The notes below the pieces were generated by a model that was not told the DNA's origin, did no database searches, and was given only the letters and a program-made list of their open reading frames with translations. The position numbers and the translations under genes were made by a program. Below, one piece after another: positions 59,512 through 64,000 of a stretch of DNA of 64,000 bases. Numbering within the stretch: position 1 is the first letter of the stretch; every line of letters begins with the position of its first letter. The stretch is from Moniliella sp. 'wahieum' (Eukaryota), in the NCBI GenBank assembly GCA_003971905.1, contig RSEE01000114.1:62001-126000 (forward strand). Reading direction: 5' to 3'.

Positions 59512-62500
59512 ATGGCCGACGAAACCTTCCCCAAGGGTTCATATGGGCCCCAGGTCAACGACGAGTACGCCTCGCTCATTGACTTCATCAAGGCCCAGAA
59601 GGCAACCAACGCCGAAGAAGACGAAGGCGGCAACTTCCAGATCGTGCGCAAGCGCGAATTCCTCCGTCCGTGGAAGGTCCATGAGACCCGTGTCAACCAG
59701 GACGGCGAGGCAGAGACTGTGGCTGCCAAGGTCCCGGCCAGTTGGTACGTGCCCCCAACTCCCTCTCCATCTCCCTTCTGAAACGTCCCTTGATTCACGC
59801 ACCCGTACTAACCTGCTTTTGCGCCCCCCAGGCTCGAGACCTCGATGCAGCAGGGTCTGACCGAATCCGACGTGCAAACTCGTCGCGCCCAGTTTGGATA
59901 CAACGAGCTGGAGGCTCCTTCGGAGAACCTCTTCCTCAAGTTCCTCGGTTTCTTCAAGGGTCCTATTCTTTATGTGATGGAGCTGGCCGCTGCCCTGGCT
60001 GGTGGTCTGCGTGACTGGATTGATCTTGGTCATTTGCGGTATTTTGGCCTTGAACGCCTTTGTCGGTTGGTACCAGGAGAAGCAGGCTGGTGACATTGTC
60101 GCCCAACTCAAGGCTGGTATCGCTCTTCGCGCCACGGTCATTCGCAACGGTCAAGAGCTCGAGATTGAGGCTCGTGACGTTGTCCCTGGTGAAATTGTGA
60201 TTGTTCAGGATGGTCAGACGGTGCCGTGCGACGGTCGCCTGCTGGCTGACTACGAAGACAAGGACGGATCTCAGGCTGCCGCGATTCTCGAGAAGGCACG
60301 TGCTACTGCGCACGATGAGGACGACGACGAGGGCGTTGACAAGGGCCCTGCCATCATTGCGTGTGACCAGTCGGCCATCACGGGCGAGTCGCTTGCAGTG
60401 GACAAGCACGTTGGTGACACGGTCTTTACCACCGGTTGCAAGCGTGGGAAGGGCTTTGTGCTCTGCACGGACATTGCCAAGCAGACCTTTGTCGGCCGCA
60501 CCGCAGCTTGTGCTCGGGGCGAGTCGCAGGGTCACTTCCAAAAGGTCATGGACTCGATCGGTACTGCTCTCTTGGTGATTGTCATGGCCTTTATCGTTGG
60601 TTTCTGGATCTCGGGCTTCTTCCGCCACACTGGCATTGCTACGCCCAAGGAGAACAACTTGCTCACCTACACCCTTATCTTCCTCGTCATTGGTGTGCCC
60701 GTCGGTCTGCCCTGTGTTACCACCACCACCATGGCTGTCGGCTGCTTACCTCGCCAAGCGCCAGGCCATCGTCCAGAAGCTTACTGCCATTGAGTCGCTG
60801 GCTGGTGTCGACGTGCTCTGCTCGGACAAGACTGGTACCCTTACTGCCAACAAGCTCTCGATCCACGAGCCCTTCACCTCGGAAGGTGTGGACGTGAACT
60901 TTATGATGGCCGTTGCTGCCCTCGCCTCGTCGCACAACATCAAGTCGCTCGACCCGATTGACAAGGTTACCATCTCGACCTGAAGGACTACCCTGGTGCC
61001 CAAGAGGAGCTCGCCTCGGGCTGGATCACCCACCGCTTCACTCCCTTCGACCCTGTCTCCAAGCGTATTACCGCTGAGGTTGAGAAGGACGGCCAGCAGT
61101 ACATCGCTGCTAAGGGTGCCCCAATGCGATCCTCAAGCTTTGCCAGCCCGACCCCGAGCAGGCTGCCCAGTACCGTAAGGTGGCCGGTGACTTTGCTTCC
61201 CGTGGTTTCCGTTCGCTCGGTGTGGCTATAACGATGGCGAGTGGCACTTGCTTGGTCTCCTGCCCATGTTTGACCCTCCTCGTTCGGACACGGCGGCTAC
61301 GATTGCCGAGGCGCAGAACCTTGGTATCGGTGTCAAGATGCTTACGGGTGACGCTGTTGCTATTGCCAAGGAAACGTGCAAGATGCTTGCGCTTGGTACC
61401 AAGGTGTACGACTCGCAGCGCCTGATTGGCTCGGGCGGTCTGGCTGGCTCGGCGATTCACGACTTTATTGAGGCTGCCGACGGTTTCGCTGAGGTGTTCC
61501 CCGAGCACAAGTACCAGGTCGTCGAGATGCTGCAGCACCGTGGTCACTTGGTTGCATGACGGGTGACGGTGTCAACGACGCTCCCTCGCTCAAGAAGGCT
61601 GACTGTGGTATTGCTGTGGAGGGTGCTTCGGACGCTGCCCGTTCGGCTGCTGACGTCGTGTTCTTGGACGAGGGTCTGTCGACCATCATCACCTCGATCA
61701 AGGTTGCCCGCCAGATTTTCCACCGTATGAAGGCGTACATTCAGTACCGTATCTCGCTCTGTCTTCACCTTGAGATTTACCTCTTGATCTCGATCTGCGT
61801 TCGCGACGAGGTTATCCGTGCCGACCTGATTGTCTTTATTGCTCTCTTTGCCGACTTGGCCACCATTGCCATTGCGTACGACAATGCGCCCGCTGCCAAG
61901 GAGCCCGTCGAGTGGCAGCTGCCCAAGATTTGGGTCATCTCGACCATCTCGGTGCCCTGCTCGCGGCCGGTACTTGGATTGTCCGTGGCACCCTCTTCCT
62001 CCCCGACGGTGGTATCGTGCAGAACTTCGGTAACGTGCAGCTTATCCTCTTCCTTGAGGTTTCGCTCACGGAGAACTGGCTCATCTTTGTCACTCGTCTT
62101 GGCTCGGGTACCTCGGACGAGAACACCATCCCGTCCTGGGAGCTGGTTGGTGCGATTCTGGGTGTCGATGCGTTGGCGACAATCTTCACTCTGTTTGGCT
62201 GGCTCGGCGGCCCCATTGCGCGCTACATCCACTCGCCCCGCTTGCGCCACAACAAGCACAACTGGACCGACGTGGTTACCGTTGTGTGTGTGGGCGTACT
62301 CGATCGGTGTGACGATCATCATTACGGTGGTGTACTATGTGCTGAACAAGCTCGAGTGGATCAACCGCATGGGCCGTCGCGTTCGCTCGACCAAGAACCC
62401 AGTGCTGGAAGACTTCTTCACCAACTTGCAGCGTCTCACGGTCGTCCACGAGAAGTCCGAGGAGGGTGAGCCGGACATCTACTCGTTTGCTACCCGCCTC

Positions 62501-62521
62501 GAGGTGGACGATGAGGAGTAA
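59512..62521 (+). CDS. PMA1: Plasma-membrane P-type IIIA H+-ATPase; intron 59745-59831; frameshifted
   Basis: [103 protein letters not shown]. Confidence 0.98.
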
Positions 62522-63590
62522 GAAGTGGGGGTTCTTTCGTACCCTCCTCTCATTCCCTCTTATAACCGATTCGCTTTGTTCATTCCCCCTCCTCACTTTG
62601 GTTCTTGGCCTCGTTTTAGGTCTCGTTAATCCAACATTCCCCAGGCTCCCATGGCGCCGTTTGTTCAGGCTGTTGAGTTGAATCTTTTCTGCTTTTCAGC
62701 TTGTTGGTGCCCGGCTACCCCCACTGGCCTACCTCCTTTTTGGCCTCTGGATCCCCCGCCCTACGTTTTTTTTTTGCTTCTCGCTCGTTGTTCTTACTTT
62801 CTATGCGCTTTAGAGCTTCTCATGTTTTCCCCCCTGTTCTGCCTTAGCTTTTTGCGCGTGCTGGGCCAAATAAGAACAGCCTATTGATCCCCATCTACTT
62901 TCTCTTGCGTATTATATAGACGGATGCAGATGCACAAACGCGAGGAATATATCGGTTTCCCTCGTTTCTCAGTCTCCTACTGCTCAGTATCCTCCACACG
63001 AACACCACGAACCACGGTGTGCCCTCGACTGGGCTCTGATGTACTTCGTCTTCTCACATCCTTATTCCACCCTCCCCTCTCACGGTTTTATCGAGCGGGG
63101 ATCGCATGCGTCACAAGAGGATTACATTGAGCACGTAGTACGGTGCACGATACACATCAGTGCCCACGGATAAGTACACGGGCACCGTCTAGATGGTTTC
63201 CCTTCCCACAACTCGGGATAGGGCAAGGCAATTACTACCTGAACGGGTGGAGTGCAACGTTCAACGTTCTTCAACTCCGTACATCGTATACATACACCAG
63301 GGCGATCTGCCTGTCGCTCGTCACGGTACCGAGTACCCGCCACTTGTCACTTGTCACTTGTCACTTGTCCCTGGCAACGCGTACGCGCACGCCCAATCAA
63401 GAGAGACCTTACCCACTCTTTACTTTACCGGCCCGAGCGGCCATGGGGAAGGAGTGCGGTGGGGGGTGCCTGGGTGCGATCACGACTGTTGTCGCAAGTC
63501 ACCTACTCATGCACAGGGTACATGGCACAGGGTCGTCGCCTGACCTGAATTGGTCTGGAGGCCTTTGCATTGGGGCGGGGGGAGGGCCAC

Positions 63591-63654
63591 GTGGATCCGG
63601 CTCGACGTGGATCCGGTTCGACGTGGGTCCCGCTCGACGTGGATCCGGCTCGAC
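63591..63654. repeat. Four tandem 16-bp units GTGGATCCGGCTCGAC
   Basis: Read directly; 0-2 substitutions per copy. Confidence 0.9.
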
Positions 63655-64000
63655 ACGAAATCCAGGTCGGATCGAGGTACAGGAGGGACGTAGCGACGCA
63701 CGCTACGATCCTCGAAGGATCAGACCCATTGGGCCTTAGGCCTTAGGGTAGCATCCCAACGCAGACCTACTGGGATCAGAAAGGAGACACTGGGTCCCAC
63801 CTGGAGCCCAAGTGACCTGGTCCACAGACACTGCAATCTCGGGTCAGCATCGCAAGTCATGCATCATGGAACGATTAATGGACGTGGATAGACTAGTGAC
63901 TCTGCACTTGTCATGGAATGTTCCTGCGGGACAGGTCAACGTACTTCTGGCACTGGGACTGCTTCGGCAAGCTGCACAAACGTGTCCAAGCCCACTTGCG

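Noticed and set aside
12894..62521. Programmed frameshifting, RNA editing or mass pseudogenisation
   Set aside because: Indels are scattered, homopolymer-associated and affect essential genes; long-read error is far more parsimonious.
63591..63654. CRISPR-like array (also 44026-44099)
   Set aside because: Units are directly adjacent with no unique spacers, there are no cas genes, and the context is eukaryotic.

Overview
GC-rich, intron-poor fungal genomic DNA, probably from a basidiomycete (short GT[AG]CGT...CT[AG]AC...[CT]AG introns). Nearly every gene carries many single-base frameshifts, mostly shortened homopolymers, so this is most likely an unpolished long-read assembly and gene ends are approximate. 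Gene order: Helitron relic; OPT-family oligopeptide transporter (+); p23/Sba1 (-); TRM112 (-); CRM1 (+); glutamate-cysteine ligase (-); MAF1 (-); a tiny metallothionein (+); MTHFR (+); ARPC2 (+); a SIM+RING-variant Slx5/Rfp-like gene (+); the 5' half of a Ty1/copia element (+); OSCA/CSC1 channel (-); the 3' half of the same copia (-); UBC2/RAD6 (-); an orphan SIM/SUMO-site/Gly-rich ORF (-); GGC1 (+); a putative acyltransferase (-); tRNA-Val(CAC) and tRNA-Ala(AGC); SDH1 (-); PMA1 (+). Two unexplained structures stand out. (1) Non-coding DNA contains a pervasive 7-bp-period word family, TGA/TCA (or TAA) + a self-complementary 4-mer, with at least ten different cores; it is densest upstream of OPT, OSCA and PMA1. 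(2) A roughly 9.2-kb inversion (34181-43376) with 2-bp microhomology splits one copia element inside its RT; re-inverting restores the RT frame at one junction and a PPT-TG LTR start at the other. All calls were made by eye; no searches were run.
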